Assembly (NCBI GenBank): GCA_040905425.1
Contig: JBBDRO010000055.1
Location: 1 to 33,535 of the forward strand
Origin: Gemmatimonadota bacterium
Lineage (GTDB): Bacteria; Gemmatimonadota; Gemmatimonadetes; Longimicrobiales; RSA9
DNA: 33,535 bases
Direction of reading: 5' to 3'
The notes under the pieces were generated by a model that worked only from the letters and a program-made list of their open reading frames with translations, did no database searches and was not told the DNA's origin. Shown here piece after piece: positions 1-9,481 of this stretch (within the stretch, counting starts at the first letter, position 1; each line of letters starts with the position of its first letter). Position numbers and translations under genes: made by a program.

Positions 1-55
1 AGCGGCGTATGGCGGCGCGACGCGGGCGGGCGGTCCAGCGGCGTATGGCGGCGCG
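1..55. repeat. 19-bp exact direct repeat AGCGGCGTATGGCGGCGCG, two copies (1-19, 37-55), period 36
   Basis: Read directly from the sequence. It lies just downstream of the tamB stop and may continue beyond the window edge. Confidence 0.8.
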
Positions 56-85
56 GAGCGGACGGAGCCGGCCGGGCGTCGTCGC

Positions 86-3000
86 TTAATAACCCCACTC
101 CCGGAAGAGCAGGAAGCCGTAGACGCGCCGCGGCGCGATGGCCTGGCCCAGGCCGAAGGTGCCGGCCGCACGGGCAAAGCGGTCCTCGGCGAAGATCTCC
201 GCCGTGAAGGCCGGGCTGGCGCGCCATTCCAGGCGCACGCCGGGCTCGCGGCTGGCCAGGCGCTGCTCGTAGCTGATGAAGACGTCCGGCGTCACGTAGA
301 AGCCGATCTCGAGTTGCGTGTTGGCCAGGAAGTCCTGCCCCGGCAGCGCTTCGGCCGCGCTCAGGCCGACGTAGTCGAAGAAGCCGAGCGACTGGCTGAG
401 CGACTGCAGCCCCGTGGAAAAGAGGCCGTAGGCGGTGGGCGCCAGCAACTGGCTGCCCAGCCCAGCCACGTTGCGCCCCTCGGCGCTGGCGTTGGTGTTG
501 GCGTAGCCGCGCAGCGCGTAGGTGGGCACGCCGAAGAAGAGGTAGCTGGCCAGGTCGGACTCGCTGATGGGCGGGTCGGCGCTGCTGGTCAGGCGCACGC
601 GCGGGGACTGCAGCGAGCCCCCCACGACGGCCTGCACGTCCAGCGGCTCGTCTCCCGAGCGGCGCACGCGATAGCTGGCCGTCATGTTCAGATTGGGATC
701 GATGCCCGGCGTGCCCGGGAACTCCACCGTGCCCGCGCGGATGTCGAAGCGGCGGGCCAGCGCCAGGCCGTAGTAGAGTTGGTAGGTACCGCGCTGGGCG
801 TTCAGCGTGCCGGTGAGACGGATGTCCTCCGTCTGCCGGTCCAGGCTGACGTTCAGGTCTCCGGCCAGCTCCACGTTGATATCCCGACCGCGTAGCCAGG
901 CGTTCGAGCCCACGCTCACCACCAGGCTGTCCACCCGCAGGTTGCGCAGGAAGGGGCTGAGCGTGCGGAACTGGCGGACCGCCACCAGGTTGGTGTCCAC
1001 CGCCGCGAAGAGCAGCGGCGTCTCGAGCTGCACCACCTGATACTGCCGGTAGAGCTCGTCCACGTCCAGGACGCCCTGGTTCACACGCAGTGCACCCGCC
1101 ACCTCGGGGCGCGAGTAGCGGCCACCCACCGTGAGCTGGCCGCTCACCACCGCCTGCACGTCCCGCCGGCTCACGGCCAGCAGCTCCGCCGCCGTGAGCG
1201 TGAGGTCCAGCTCCGGATCGCGGGGGTGGGAGAGGTCCACCACGCCGCGCACGGTGCCGAGCGACTGGCCGGGCAGGCGGCTGGCGCCGAGCGGCTCGGC
1301 GCCCTGCACCGTCAGGTCCACCGCCACCGCGCCGGTGGGCTCCACGCGGAAGAAGCCATTCACGTAGCCGAAGCGCACACCGAGCGGATCGAAGACGGCC
1401 GCCGCGGAACGGAGCGCCAGCGCGCCGCCCAGCTCGGGCTCGAGCGTGGTGCCGGCGGCCCGCACGTCACCGTGCACCCAGCCCGACACGTCCCGGAAAC
1501 CGTCCACCAGGCCGAGCAGCATGGCGGCGGGCAGGCTGTCCACCCGGGCGGCGAACTCCAGCGGCTCCGCCAGGCGGCGCTCCTCGACCGGCAGCAGACG
1601 CAGGTCCAGAGGTACGGTGCCGCTGCCCACGAGCATGCGGCGGCCCTGGTGCACGGCCGACACGCTGCCCTCGACGCGCCGGTCGGCGTAGCTGAAGGTG
1701 CCGTCCAGGCGCTCCACCAGGGCGTCCTCGTAGCGTACGTCGACGGCCTCCGCGCTGGCCCGCATGGCGGGGGCGCCGGGCGAGCCGGTGACGGCCACGC
1801 GGCCGCTCACGCTGCCGGAGAGATCGGCGTCGGCGGCCGTCAGGCGGAGCCAGTCGGCCACGGGGAGGTCACGCACCTCCGCGTGGAAGTCGAGCTGCGG
1901 GGGACGCGTACCGGCGGATGTGGCGCTGCCGGACCAGGCCAGACGGCCAGCCCCGCTCAACACGCCCCGACCGTCCTCGCGAGCCAGCGCAAGGCTGTCC
2001 AGTTCGAGGGCGTCCCGCGCCAGGCGGGCCGTGGCGCCGCCCTGTAGCGCCCACGCGCGGCCCGGGGTGCCCAGGACGAGTTCGCGTACGTGAACGGCGT
2101 AGGCGTCCGCGCTTCGGGCCACGCCCGCCGCCACACGGAGCACCTCCCCCGCGCTGCCGGTGGCCCGGGCGCTCAGCGCGGCGCGGCCATCCGCCCAGCG
2201 GGCCGTGGCGGCCGCTTCCGGGAGCGTGTGCCCCCACGCGTCGAGCGCGAACCCCTCCGCCCTGGCGTCAGCCCGGAGACTGTCCGTACCCACGTCCGCC
2301 GCATTGAAGGTCAGCTCCAGCCGCTCCGCCTGCACGCCGGCGCCGCGCCCATCGAGGAGGGTGGCGGTGCCGTCCGCCGCGAAGCCGCTGATGCCGCCGA
2401 GCAGGGTGGCCGCGGCGTCGAGGTGGCCGGCCACCGGCGGCGGCGCCAGCGGATCGGGGATGACGTCGGGATACAGCGCGCTGGCCAGGGGACTCAGGTC
2501 GGCGCTCGACGCCCCCAGGCTCAGCGTGCCGGTCCTGTCCTCGACGAGGGCAAAGTCACCCTCCCCCCAGACGGATCCGGCCGGCGTCACCACGCGCAGG
2601 CTGTCCACCGCTGCCATGCCATTGCCCAGGCGCACGGCCAGCACGCCGCGCTCCAGCGCCAGCCCCGCCACCTGGCCGCCGTCCAGCCAGCCGTGCACGG
2701 CGCCCGTCAGGGTAGCAGCCGAGCTGCCCAGCAGATCGAATGTGAAGCGCCCGCTGACCGTGGAGGCCGGCAGGGCGCTGCTCAGTTCGTCGAGCCGCAG
2801 TGCGGAGACCGATCCTTCCCCCACCAGGTGGGGTCCGTCCCGGCTGCGGGCCATCCGTCCTCCTACCAGGATGTTGCCACCCGCGGTCTCGATCCGGGCG
2901 TCGAGGGCCAGGTCCCCCACATCCCCCCGGACCGAAAGCGTACCGGCCAGATCACCCCGCAGACGCTCCAGCTCCGCGAAGGCGGGGGCCAGGCCCTGCA

Positions 3001-4510
3001 TGGAGAGCGGGCGGCCCTCCAGGAGGAGGTCCACGCTGGTGCGGGTGCGTTCCCGCCGGACCGTGCCACCACCGCGCACGGTGGAGGCCGGGCCGAGGCC
3101 GATGCGGTGGCGCAGGTCACCATCCAGCTGTAGGCCGCCACGAAGCGTTCCCGATGCGTCCAACGTGCCGTCCACACGCCCCGGCACGCCGCCCGGGGTC
3201 CCCACGAAGGCCAGGTCGAAGCCGGTGAGGTCGGCATGGAAGCGGCGCGCCCCCAGCGTGGCCGCACGGGCGTCCACGGTGCCCGCCCAGCGCACGCGTC
3301 CCGCATCCGCTCCGCCGGGCGAGGTGAGGCGCATGCTGCCGCTCGTCTCCAGCGCGGAGATGGGGCCCGTCACCTCGACCGTACCCACCGCCAGGCCCTC
3401 CACCGGGAGGCCGTCCGGCAGGAAGCGGGCGATGAGGTCCAGGTCCAGCGGCGCGGCGCGCAGATCCACCTGCGTGAAGTAGGGCTCATCGCCCATCACG
3501 AAGCCTACCGTGCCGGTCACACTCGAGCCCGGCGCGGTGACGCGCGCATCCTGCGCCAGCCACAGCAGCCCGCCTTCGTCCTGCGTCTGGATGCGCAGCA
3601 CCATGCTGCCGCCGCCGTCCGGCAGATCGGGCGCCAGCCAGCGCAGATCCGCGAAGGCCAGGCGGCTGGCATCAATGCGCACGTCGTAGCGGTTGAGCCC
3701 CTCCTCCATGACGATCCTGCCTACCACGGCGCCGCGGGACTCGGTGAGCTCCACCTCGGGCAGGTCCAGGGAGAGCACCGTGTCAACGAGCGTCACGCTG
3801 CCGCGCAGATCCCGCAGCAGCACCGGATCGCTCATCAGGAAGCCGCGCGCGGAGAGGGAGGCCACGCGGAAGAGCTGCCCGTGCTCGAGGGGGGATTCCC
3901 AGATCACCTGCGGGAACTGGCCCTGCAACTGGTCGAAGCGATACACCTGGGCCAGGCCGCCCGCCACCTCCTCGATGACCTTGCGGCCGCGCTCCTCACC
4001 CTCTTCCGGCTCATAGGGCATGCGCACGATCACGGTGCCGTCCACCACGTGCACGTCGTCGAACATGACCAGGTCCCGGGTATCGGGCCCCGTGTCCGCC
4101 GTGGTGTCGGCAAAGATCTTCTGGTAGTTCCACGCGGTGTCTCCGGGGAGCTGCTCCATGACCAGGTGGGGGCCGTAGAGCGTGGCCTGGTCAAGCACGA
4201 TCCGGCCGCGCACGAGCGAGCGCCAGTTGTAGGCAACGCGAGCGCTGTCGAGACGCAGGAAGGGACGGCCCCGCTCGTCGTCGATGGCCACGCCGTGGAA
4301 TACCGCGGCACCCAGCAGGCCGGGGCCGCCGATCCGGTCGATGCGCACTTCACCCTGCACGCGCCCCTGCAGGGCGTCGAGCGCATAGCCGCGCACCCGC
4401 TCCATGCCGAAGTCGGTGCGCGTGAGCACCATGATGGCCGCCACGCCCAGCAGGAGCCCGGCAAGGACGCCCGCGCCCACCCAGAGGCCGATGCGTGTCC
4501 TCCGCCTCAT
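86..4510 (-). CDS. tamB: Translocation and assembly module TamB / AsmA-like protein (~1474 aa)
   Basis: N-terminal basic plus TM anchor (MRRRTRIGLWVGAGVLAGLLLGVAAIMVL), long beta-rich body, DUF490-like C-terminus (G.L.SP.V.L.S.P...ESDLASYLFFG), directly downstream of an Omp85 gene. Start trimmed to ATG 4510; GTG 4552 is an alternative. Confidence 0.85.
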   Translation of the reverse strand: MRRRTRIGLWVGAGVLAGLLLGVAAIMVLTRTDFGMERVRGYALDALQGRVQGEVRIDRIGGPGLLGAAVFHGVAIDDERGRPFLRLDSARVAYNWRSLVRGRIVLDQATLYGPHLVMEQLPGDTAWNYQKIFADTTADTGPDTRDLVMFDDVHVVDGTVIVRMPYEPEEGEERGRKVIEEVAGGLAQVYRFDQLQGQFPQVIWESPLEHGQLFRVASLSARGFLMSDPVLLRDLRGSVTLVDTVLSLDLPEVELTESRGAVVGRIVMEEGLNRYDVRIDASRLAFADLRWLAPDLPDGGGSMVLRIQTQDEGGLLWLAQDARVTAPGSSVTGTVGFVMGDEPYFTQVDLRAAPLDLDLIARFLPDGLPVEGLAVGTVEVTGPISALETSGSMRLTSPGGADAGRVRWAGTVDARAATLGARRFHADLTGFDLAFVGTPGGVPGRVDGTLDASGTLRGGLQLDGDLRHRIGLGPASTVRGGGTVRRERTRTSVDLLLEGRPLSMQGLAPAFAELERLRGDLAGTLSVRGDVGDLALDARIETAGGNILVGGRMARSRDGPHLVGEGSVSALRLDELSSALPASTVSGRFTFDLLGSSAATLTGAVHGWLDGGQVAGLALERGVLAVRLGNGMAAVDSLRVVTPAGSVWGEGDFALVEDRTGTLSLGASSADLSPLASALYPDVIPDPLAPPPVAGHLDAAATLLGGISGFAADGTATLLDGRGAGVQAERLELTFNAADVGTDSLRADARAEGFALDAWGHTLPEAAATARWADGRAALSARATGSAGEVLRVAAGVARSADAYAVHVRELVLGTPGRAWALQGGATARLARDALELDSLALAREDGRGVLSGAGRLAWSGSATSAGTRPPQLDFHAEVRDLPVADWLRLTAADADLSGSVSGRVAVTGSPGAPAMRASAEAVDVRYEDALVERLDGTFSYADRRVEGSVSAVHQGRRMLVGSGTVPLDLRLLPVEERRLAEPLEFAARVDSLPAAMLLGLVDGFRDVSGWVHGDVRAAGTTLEPELGGALALRSAAAVFDPLGVRFGYVNGFFRVEPTGAVAVDLTVQGAEPLGASRLPGQSLGTVRGVVDLSHPRDPELDLTLTAAELLAVSRRDVQAVVSGQLTVGGRYSRPEVAGALRVNQGVLDVDELYRQYQVVQLETPLLFAAVDTNLVAVRQFRTLSPFLRNLRVDSLVVSVGSNAWLRGRDINVELAGDLNVSLDRQTEDIRLTGTLNAQRGTYQLYYGLALARRFDIRAGTVEFPGTPGIDPNLNMTASYRVRRSGDEPLDVQAVVGGSLQSPRVRLTSSADPPISESDLASYLFFGVPTYALRGYANTNASAEGRNVAGLGSQLLAPTAYGLFSTGLQSLSQSLGFFDYVGLSAAEALPGQDFLANTQLEIGFYVTPDVFISYEQRLASREPGVRLEWRASPAFTAEIFAEDRFARAAGTFGLGQAIAPRRVYGFLLFREWGY

Positions 4511-4553
4511 GGCTCGCGTCGCAGGGGGATCGCCCCGCCCGTGGGTGCGCACA

Positions 4554-6779
4554 TCAGAACGCCTGTCCGATCGAGAAGTGGATCTGCAGCCGGTCCCAGA
4601 AACGGTCGAACGGGGCCCACGCCGCGCTGCCGAGCGGCCGCAGCGCGCGCCGGTTCTCCACGACCCCGTCCGGCTGCGGCAGGGCGCCATCCGGCGCCAC
4701 GCACTCGCCGACCGCGGCACGCACGCACACGGCCGTGGTCACCACCTGCAGGTGCTCCACGCCCTGGCTGTTGTACCCTACGTCCACGCGCACCGGCCCG
4801 ATGGGGCTGAAGTAACGCACGCCCGCTCCCGGAGTCCATACCACGTCATCCAGCCGTACACCTTCTTCCTCCTGCCATACGTTGCCGAAATCCACGAACG
4901 CGGCGCCGCCAACCTTCTCCCCGTAGAGCGGAAACCGGAGCTCCGCGTTGGCTTCCAGCGCCACCGCGCCGCCCACGGGCCGCAGGTCGAACAGGTCGGG
5001 CCGGGCGGCCACCAGCGGAGCCGGGTCGCAGGTGCCGCTGTTGATGCTCGCGGGCGTGCAGCCGACCCAGACGCCCTCGATCGACTCCACCAGATCACGC
5101 GCGGCATTCACCGTGAGCAGCTTGGGCCCCATGCGGTACTGCGCAAAGCCTCGTACGCTGTTGGCCCCGCCGCCGAAGAACCGCTTCTGCGGATGAACGC
5201 CCAGGCCCGCCGCCGGATCCTCGATGGCGTGCGACCATCCGGGACGCACCCTGCCGGCAAGGACCACGCCGCGGCCCACCCCCCGGTACATGGCCAGCTC
5301 GGCCGACAGCCGCGCATAGGCGAATTCCGAACCGGTGGCCGCCGCGGCCCACTCACCGTCCGCCCGCAGAACATAGCCGCGAGTGGGCGCGAAGATACTG
5401 TTGGCGCGATCCCGAGCGAACGACAACGTGAAGGGCGCCAGCCAGTGGGCCGCGCGCAGGATGGCAATCTCCTCCTCCCCGCACGCCGTGAAGCCCAGGC
5501 AGTAGATGAGGTCTCCCTCCGAGTCGATCTGCGTGAGTTCCGGACGGTAACCCAGCGCCACCGACGCATCGCTGCCCAGGGCGCGGGTGAAGGTCACGTA
5601 GCCGCCCCGCGCCTGGCGGACGAACACGTCGGGAATGCTGCGGCGCTCCAGGAAGACGCCCACGCCCAGCGTGTTGGCGGGATCGAAGAACCAGGGCTGC
5701 GCGAAGTCCAGGGAGAGGCTGCCGGCCGGCTTGCGGTAGATCCCCTCCGTCTCCTCGAATATGCCCGGCACGAAGCCCAGCGGCGTGGCGAGCAGATTGG
5801 TCATGCGGCCGCTCACTTCCAGGCGCCGCGCGCCGCCGAGGAAGTTGCGCGCCGTCCAGCGGCCCTCGCCGGTGACGTACTCCGAGGTATTGACGCCCAA
5901 CCCCGCCCGCACGCGGTACAGATTGCCCTCGTTGACACGCACGGTCACGCCCACGACGGTGTCCGGCCACGCGCCGCGGTCCGTCAGGATCTCCGCGTGC
6001 TGGAAGACGTCCAGTCCGAACAGGTTCCGCTGACTGCGCAGCACCGCGGAACGCCGGTAGAGGTCGCCGGCGGAGAAGGTAAGCATGCGCCGCACGACCG
6101 AGGCGGCCACCCGCTCCGCGCCCTCCACACGGATGGCGCCGAAGCGCATGCGCTCATCGGCCACCAGCTCGTAGCGCACAGTGGCCGTGAGCGGGGCGTC
6201 CACGGGGATGGCGTAGTTGGCCAGGACCTCGGCCCGCGCGTACCCCAGTTCGGCCAGGCGTGCCACGAGCGTGTCCCGGGCCGCTTCGTGAGCCACCAGG
6301 TTCAGCGGATCACCCGGCTGCAGGGGCAGGTCCGCGCCGATACGCGCCACCAGGCTGTCCGGCCCCTGGACCTCCAGCGCCGTCAAGCGCACGGGACGGC
6401 CCTCCTGGACGGTGAAGCGGACGCGCATGCCATCGGGGACCCGCAGCGTATCCATGGAGACCGTGCTCTCCCGGTAGCCACGCTGATAGTAGAAGAGTTC
6501 CAGGCGCGCCCGGTCCATCTGCAACTGGACGGGGTCGAGGGTGGCTTCCTGCACCCCCACGCCCAGGAAGCACAGCGGCTGGACGGTCAGGCAGCGCGTG
6601 GCGGTGGTCACGATGGCCGCCCGCAGCTGCGCCAGCGGAAAACGCTCCACACCAACGAAATCCAGCGCCAAGACCGCGTCCCGCTGGCCCTGTGCGGCCG
6701 CCGGCGCGGCGGATCCCATGAGCAGGACCGCCATTGCCGCCGCCCGGAGCCAGCCCCATCGACGGCGCGCCATGCTCAT
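4554..6779 (-). CDS. tamA: TamA/BamA (Omp85) family outer membrane protein, signal peptide + ~3 POTRA + beta-barrel
   Basis: Signal peptide ending AAA-Q, POTRA-type motifs (YYQRGY, LAELGYARA), RFFGGGANSVRGF, FVDFGNVW, G.RY.SPIGPVRVD, C-terminal IGQAF, adjacent to tamB. Confidence 0.85.
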   Translation of the reverse strand: MSMARRRWGWLRAAAMAVLLMGSAAPAAAQGQRDAVLALDFVGVERFPLAQLRAAIVTTATRCLTVQPLCFLGVGVQEATLDPVQLQMDRARLELFYYQRGYRESTVSMDTLRVPDGMRVRFTVQEGRPVRLTALEVQGPDSLVARIGADLPLQPGDPLNLVAHEAARDTLVARLAELGYARAEVLANYAIPVDAPLTATVRYELVADERMRFGAIRVEGAERVAASVVRRMLTFSAGDLYRRSAVLRSQRNLFGLDVFQHAEILTDRGAWPDTVVGVTVRVNEGNLYRVRAGLGVNTSEYVTGEGRWTARNFLGGARRLEVSGRMTNLLATPLGFVPGIFEETEGIYRKPAGSLSLDFAQPWFFDPANTLGVGVFLERRSIPDVFVRQARGGYVTFTRALGSDASVALGYRPELTQIDSEGDLIYCLGFTACGEEEIAILRAAHWLAPFTLSFARDRANSIFAPTRGYVLRADGEWAAAATGSEFAYARLSAELAMYRGVGRGVVLAGRVRPGWSHAIEDPAAGLGVHPQKRFFGGGANSVRGFAQYRMGPKLLTVNAARDLVESIEGVWVGCTPASINSGTCDPAPLVAARPDLFDLRPVGGAVALEANAELRFPLYGEKVGGAAFVDFGNVWQEEEGVRLDDVVWTPGAGVRYFSPIGPVRVDVGYNSQGVEHLQVVTTAVCVRAAVGECVAPDGALPQPDGVVENRRALRPLGSAAWAPFDRFWDRLQIHFSIGQAF

Positions 6780-7684
6780 TGTCTCCGCTCTTCCGCGCGC
6801 CCCACGCCCACGGGCGGGGCCAGGGCACTGTGCTCTTCCTCCTGCGACCCGCCGCCGCGCAGGTAGGCATGCCCGGGGCGCGGGAAGATGTGGCGGCTGG
6901 CCGGCGCGAAGCCGCCCAGGTCATCGAAGTGCATGTAGTGGGTGATCCGCACCACGTCCTCACCCACCCGGATGAGGTTGAAGGAGTTCTTCTCCCGCTC
7001 CCTGGCCCGGCCGCGCCGGGACGTGCTCGTGCCCGACTGCACGATGATCATGCCGCGCTCGCGTTCCTGTCCCGGATAGACGTCCAGCGAGTTGCCGATG
7101 TAGGCGCGGTGCAGATGGCCGCCCATGATCAGCTCCACCTCCAGCTCCGCAAAGCGGTCCATGGCGCGCTTGGCCCGGGGCATTACCTGGCCGCCCTCGT
7201 AGTCGGGTGCCGGCGCGAAGTGGTGGTGGGCCACCACGATGCGCAGCGCCGCCGGCGGGGCGTCCGCAAAGGCCCGCGCGCAGAAGGCCAGCTGCGCCCG
7301 GCTGATGCGCCCGTTCGTGATGGCCCGCAGCGGCGCCGTGGAGTTCAGCGCCACGATCACCACGTCCTCCAGCCGGAGCACGCTGTCCAGCTCCTCGGAG
7401 ATGAAGCGGCGATAGTAGCGGTGGGGGTCGAAGATCCGTTCGAAGACCCGGTAGAGCGGCACGTCGTGGTTGCCCGGCACCACCACGGTGGGCACGTCGG
7501 GCAGCCGCCGCATGAAGGCCGCCGCCTCGCGATACTGTTCCTGGCGTGCGCGCTGCGTGAAGTCTCCGCTGTTGATGACCACGTCGGGATTCAACTCCGC
7601 GGCGGCCCGGAGCAGGGCCTCGCCGACCTCCGGCACGAAGGGCGGCCCGAAGTGCAGGTCGGAGATGTGCAGGATCGTCAACAT
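6776..7684 (-). CDS. Calcineurin-like metallophosphoesterase (CpdA/Icc-like)
   Basis: Motifs SDLHFG, SGDFT, PGNHD, AHH and GGHLH. Confidence 0.85.
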   Translation of the reverse strand: MLTILHISDLHFGPPFVPEVGEALLRAAAELNPDVVINSGDFTQRARQEQYREAAAFMRRLPDVPTVVVPGNHDVPLYRVFERIFDPHRYYRRFISEELDSVLRLEDVVIVALNSTAPLRAITNGRISRAQLAFCARAFADAPPAALRIVVAHHHFAPAPDYEGGQVMPRAKRAMDRFAELEVELIMGGHLHRAYIGNSLDVYPGQERERGMIIVQSGTSTSRRGRAREREKNSFNLIRVGEDVVRITHYMHFDDLGGFAPASRHIFPRPGHAYLRGGGSQEEEHSALAPPVGVGRAEERRQ

Positions 7685-7694
7685 GGCCGGTTCC

Positions 7695-8747
7695 TCACGC
7701 GGCGCCGCGGCGGACCAGGCCCGGGAACGGCAGATCGGCCCGGGCCGTGAGCTCCAGCGGGGCCACCTCCCCGCGGCCCCAGCGGAAGAGGGCCGCGCGG
7801 CCGATCATGGCCGCGTTGTCGGTGGCCAGGCGGGGGCTCGGATGGAAGAGGCGCCCGTCCGGGCCCAGGCCGTCCGCCAGCGCCTCGCGCAGCGCCCGGC
7901 TGGCCGCCACGCCGCCCCCGAGCACCACCCGCCGGCACCCCGTCAGCGCCACGGCACGCAGCGTCTTGCCCACCAGCACGTCCACCACAGCCGCCTGGAA
8001 GCCGGCGGCCAGGTCCGCGCGCTCGGCATCCAGGCGGCCGGCGGCCTCCACCTGGCGCACCCGGGTCAGCACGGCCGTCTTGAGGCCGCTGAAGGAGAAG
8101 GCAAAGGTGGCCGGGTCCGCGGCATCCATGTCCCTGGCCAGCATGGGGCGCGGGAAGACGTGGACCGCGGGATCTCCAGCGGCAGCGACACGCTGGATCT
8201 CCGGTCCACCGGGATAGCCCAACCCCAGGATCCTGGCCACCTTGTCGAACGCCTCACCGGCCGCGTCGTCACGCGTCTCGCCGAGCAGTTCGTAGCTCCC
8301 CCACTCCGGCACCCAGAGCAGCATCGTGTGGCCGCCGGACACCAGCAGGCCCACGAAGGGCGGCTCCGCGTCGGGGTGCTCGAGGGCGGTGGCGAAAAGG
8401 TGCGCTTCCATATGATGCACCCCCACCACCGGACGGCCGAGCGCCCACGCCGCCGCCTTCACCCAGGCCAGCCCCACGAGCAGGGCACCGATCAGCCCCG
8501 GCCCCGCCGTGGCCGCGAAGACATCCACGTCCCCCAGCCGCACGTCCGCCTCGCGCAGCGCCCCATCCACCACGTTGTCCAGCGCCCGCAGATGGGCCCG
8601 GGAGGCGATCTCGGGGACCACGCCGCCGTAGAGCGCGTGCACGTCCTGCGAGAGGATGACGTGCCCCGCCAGCGTGCCGCCGCGCAGGACCGCGGCGGAG
8701 GTCTCGTCACACGAGGTCTCCACCGCCAGGATGAGCGGCTGGCTCAC
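7695..8747 (-). CDS. tsaD: tRNA N6-adenosine threonylcarbamoyltransferase TsaD
   Basis: ETSCDETS, GGVVPEIASRAH, HHMEAH, VSGGHT, DDAAGEAFDK, FSFSGLKT, TDNAAMI. GTG start at 8747 overlaps the upstream stop (GTGA). Confidence 0.96.
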   Translation of the reverse strand: MSQPLILAVETSCDETSAAVLRGGTLAGHVILSQDVHALYGGVVPEIASRAHLRALDNVVDGALREADVRLGDVDVFAATAGPGLIGALLVGLAWVKAAAWALGRPVVGVHHMEAHLFATALEHPDAEPPFVGLLVSGGHTMLLWVPEWGSYELLGETRDDAAGEAFDKVARILGLGYPGGPEIQRVAAAGDPAVHVFPRPMLARDMDAADPATFAFSFSGLKTAVLTRVRQVEAAGRLDAERADLAAGFQAAVVDVLVGKTLRAVALTGCRRVVLGGGVAASRALREALADGLGPDGRLFHPSPRLATDNAAMIGRAALFRWGRGEVAPLELTARADLPFPGLVRRGAA

Positions 8748-9481
8748 CGCGCGGCCGCGGGAGCCGCCCCGCCGAGCGTGTCGGCCACGAGCGAGTCCAC
8801 CCGCTGCATCGGCACGATCACCCGCACCCGCTGGGGCGTGATGAGCAGGCCGGTGCCGCTGGTGTCGATAGCCATGGTCACGGTATCGGTGGCCCGCACG
8901 TCGGACAGATCCACGGGCCGGAGCCGGAGCGAGTCCACGCTGGCCAGGCGGCGGCGCGCACCACTGGCACGCACCTCGGGGGGATCCGCGCGCACCGGCC
9001 CGGCCAGCTCGAAGCCGGGCGGCGGCGCGCCGCGCGTGCGGGGCGCCACCGGCAGGAAAGTATGGTCCATGCGGTCGAAGGTGAACTGCACCTCCTCCGG
9101 TGTGATGGATTCCACGCTCACCCCCTGGAGGCCCGGGGCGCCCCACTGGACGTGTCGGGGCAGCAGCGTGACCACCTGCGCCGAATCCACCACCTCGTTC
9201 ATCACCACGCGCACCACGGTGGGATCCCCCATGCGCAGCCGTGCCAGATCGCGCACGGGCCCGCTCACGCGCAACGACACCGCCGGGGGCGTGGGCGCAC
9301 CCACCGTATCCCAGGCGGCGTCGCGCAGGAGCAGCTGCACGGGGACGTCGGCCAGCACGTCCGTCCCCGGCGAGTCGGCGCGCCCGAGCGCCCAGATCAG
9401 GAAGGCCAGCCCGAGCGCCGTGACCTTGAGGCCCCAGTCGGACACCAGCCAGTCCACCACGCTCGCCCAGCGCACCTTCAT
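8744..9481 (-). CDS. YbbR/CdaR-like membrane-anchored protein
   Basis: N-terminal DWGLKVTALGLAFLIW matches the CdaR 'N..LK..SL..A..LW' pattern, followed by YbbR-like repeats (P..VSLRVSGP; PPEVRASG; PQRVRV). Confidence 0.75.
   Translation of the reverse strand: MKVRWASVVDWLVSDWGLKVTALGLAFLIWALGRADSPGTDVLADVPVQLLLRDAAWDTVGAPTPPAVSLRVSGPVRDLARLRMGDPTVVRVVMNEVVDSAQVVTLLPRHVQWGAPGLQGVSVESITPEEVQFTFDRMDHTFLPVAPRTRGAPPPGFELAGPVRADPPEVRASGARRRLASVDSLRLRPVDLSDVRATDTVTMAIDTSGTGLLITPQRVRVIVPMQRVDSLVADTLGGAAPAAAR

Noticed and set aside
1..55. CRISPR array
   Set aside because: Only two 19-bp units with a 17-nt spacer, too short for CRISPR, and no cas genes in the window.
8748..9146. Long N-terminal extensions on tsaD, and likewise on def, ruvA, tamB, the COG3014-like gene and the M28 peptidase
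   Set aside because: ORF-caller artefacts that mostly overlap the upstream gene in another frame. Family motifs start at the trimmed starts.
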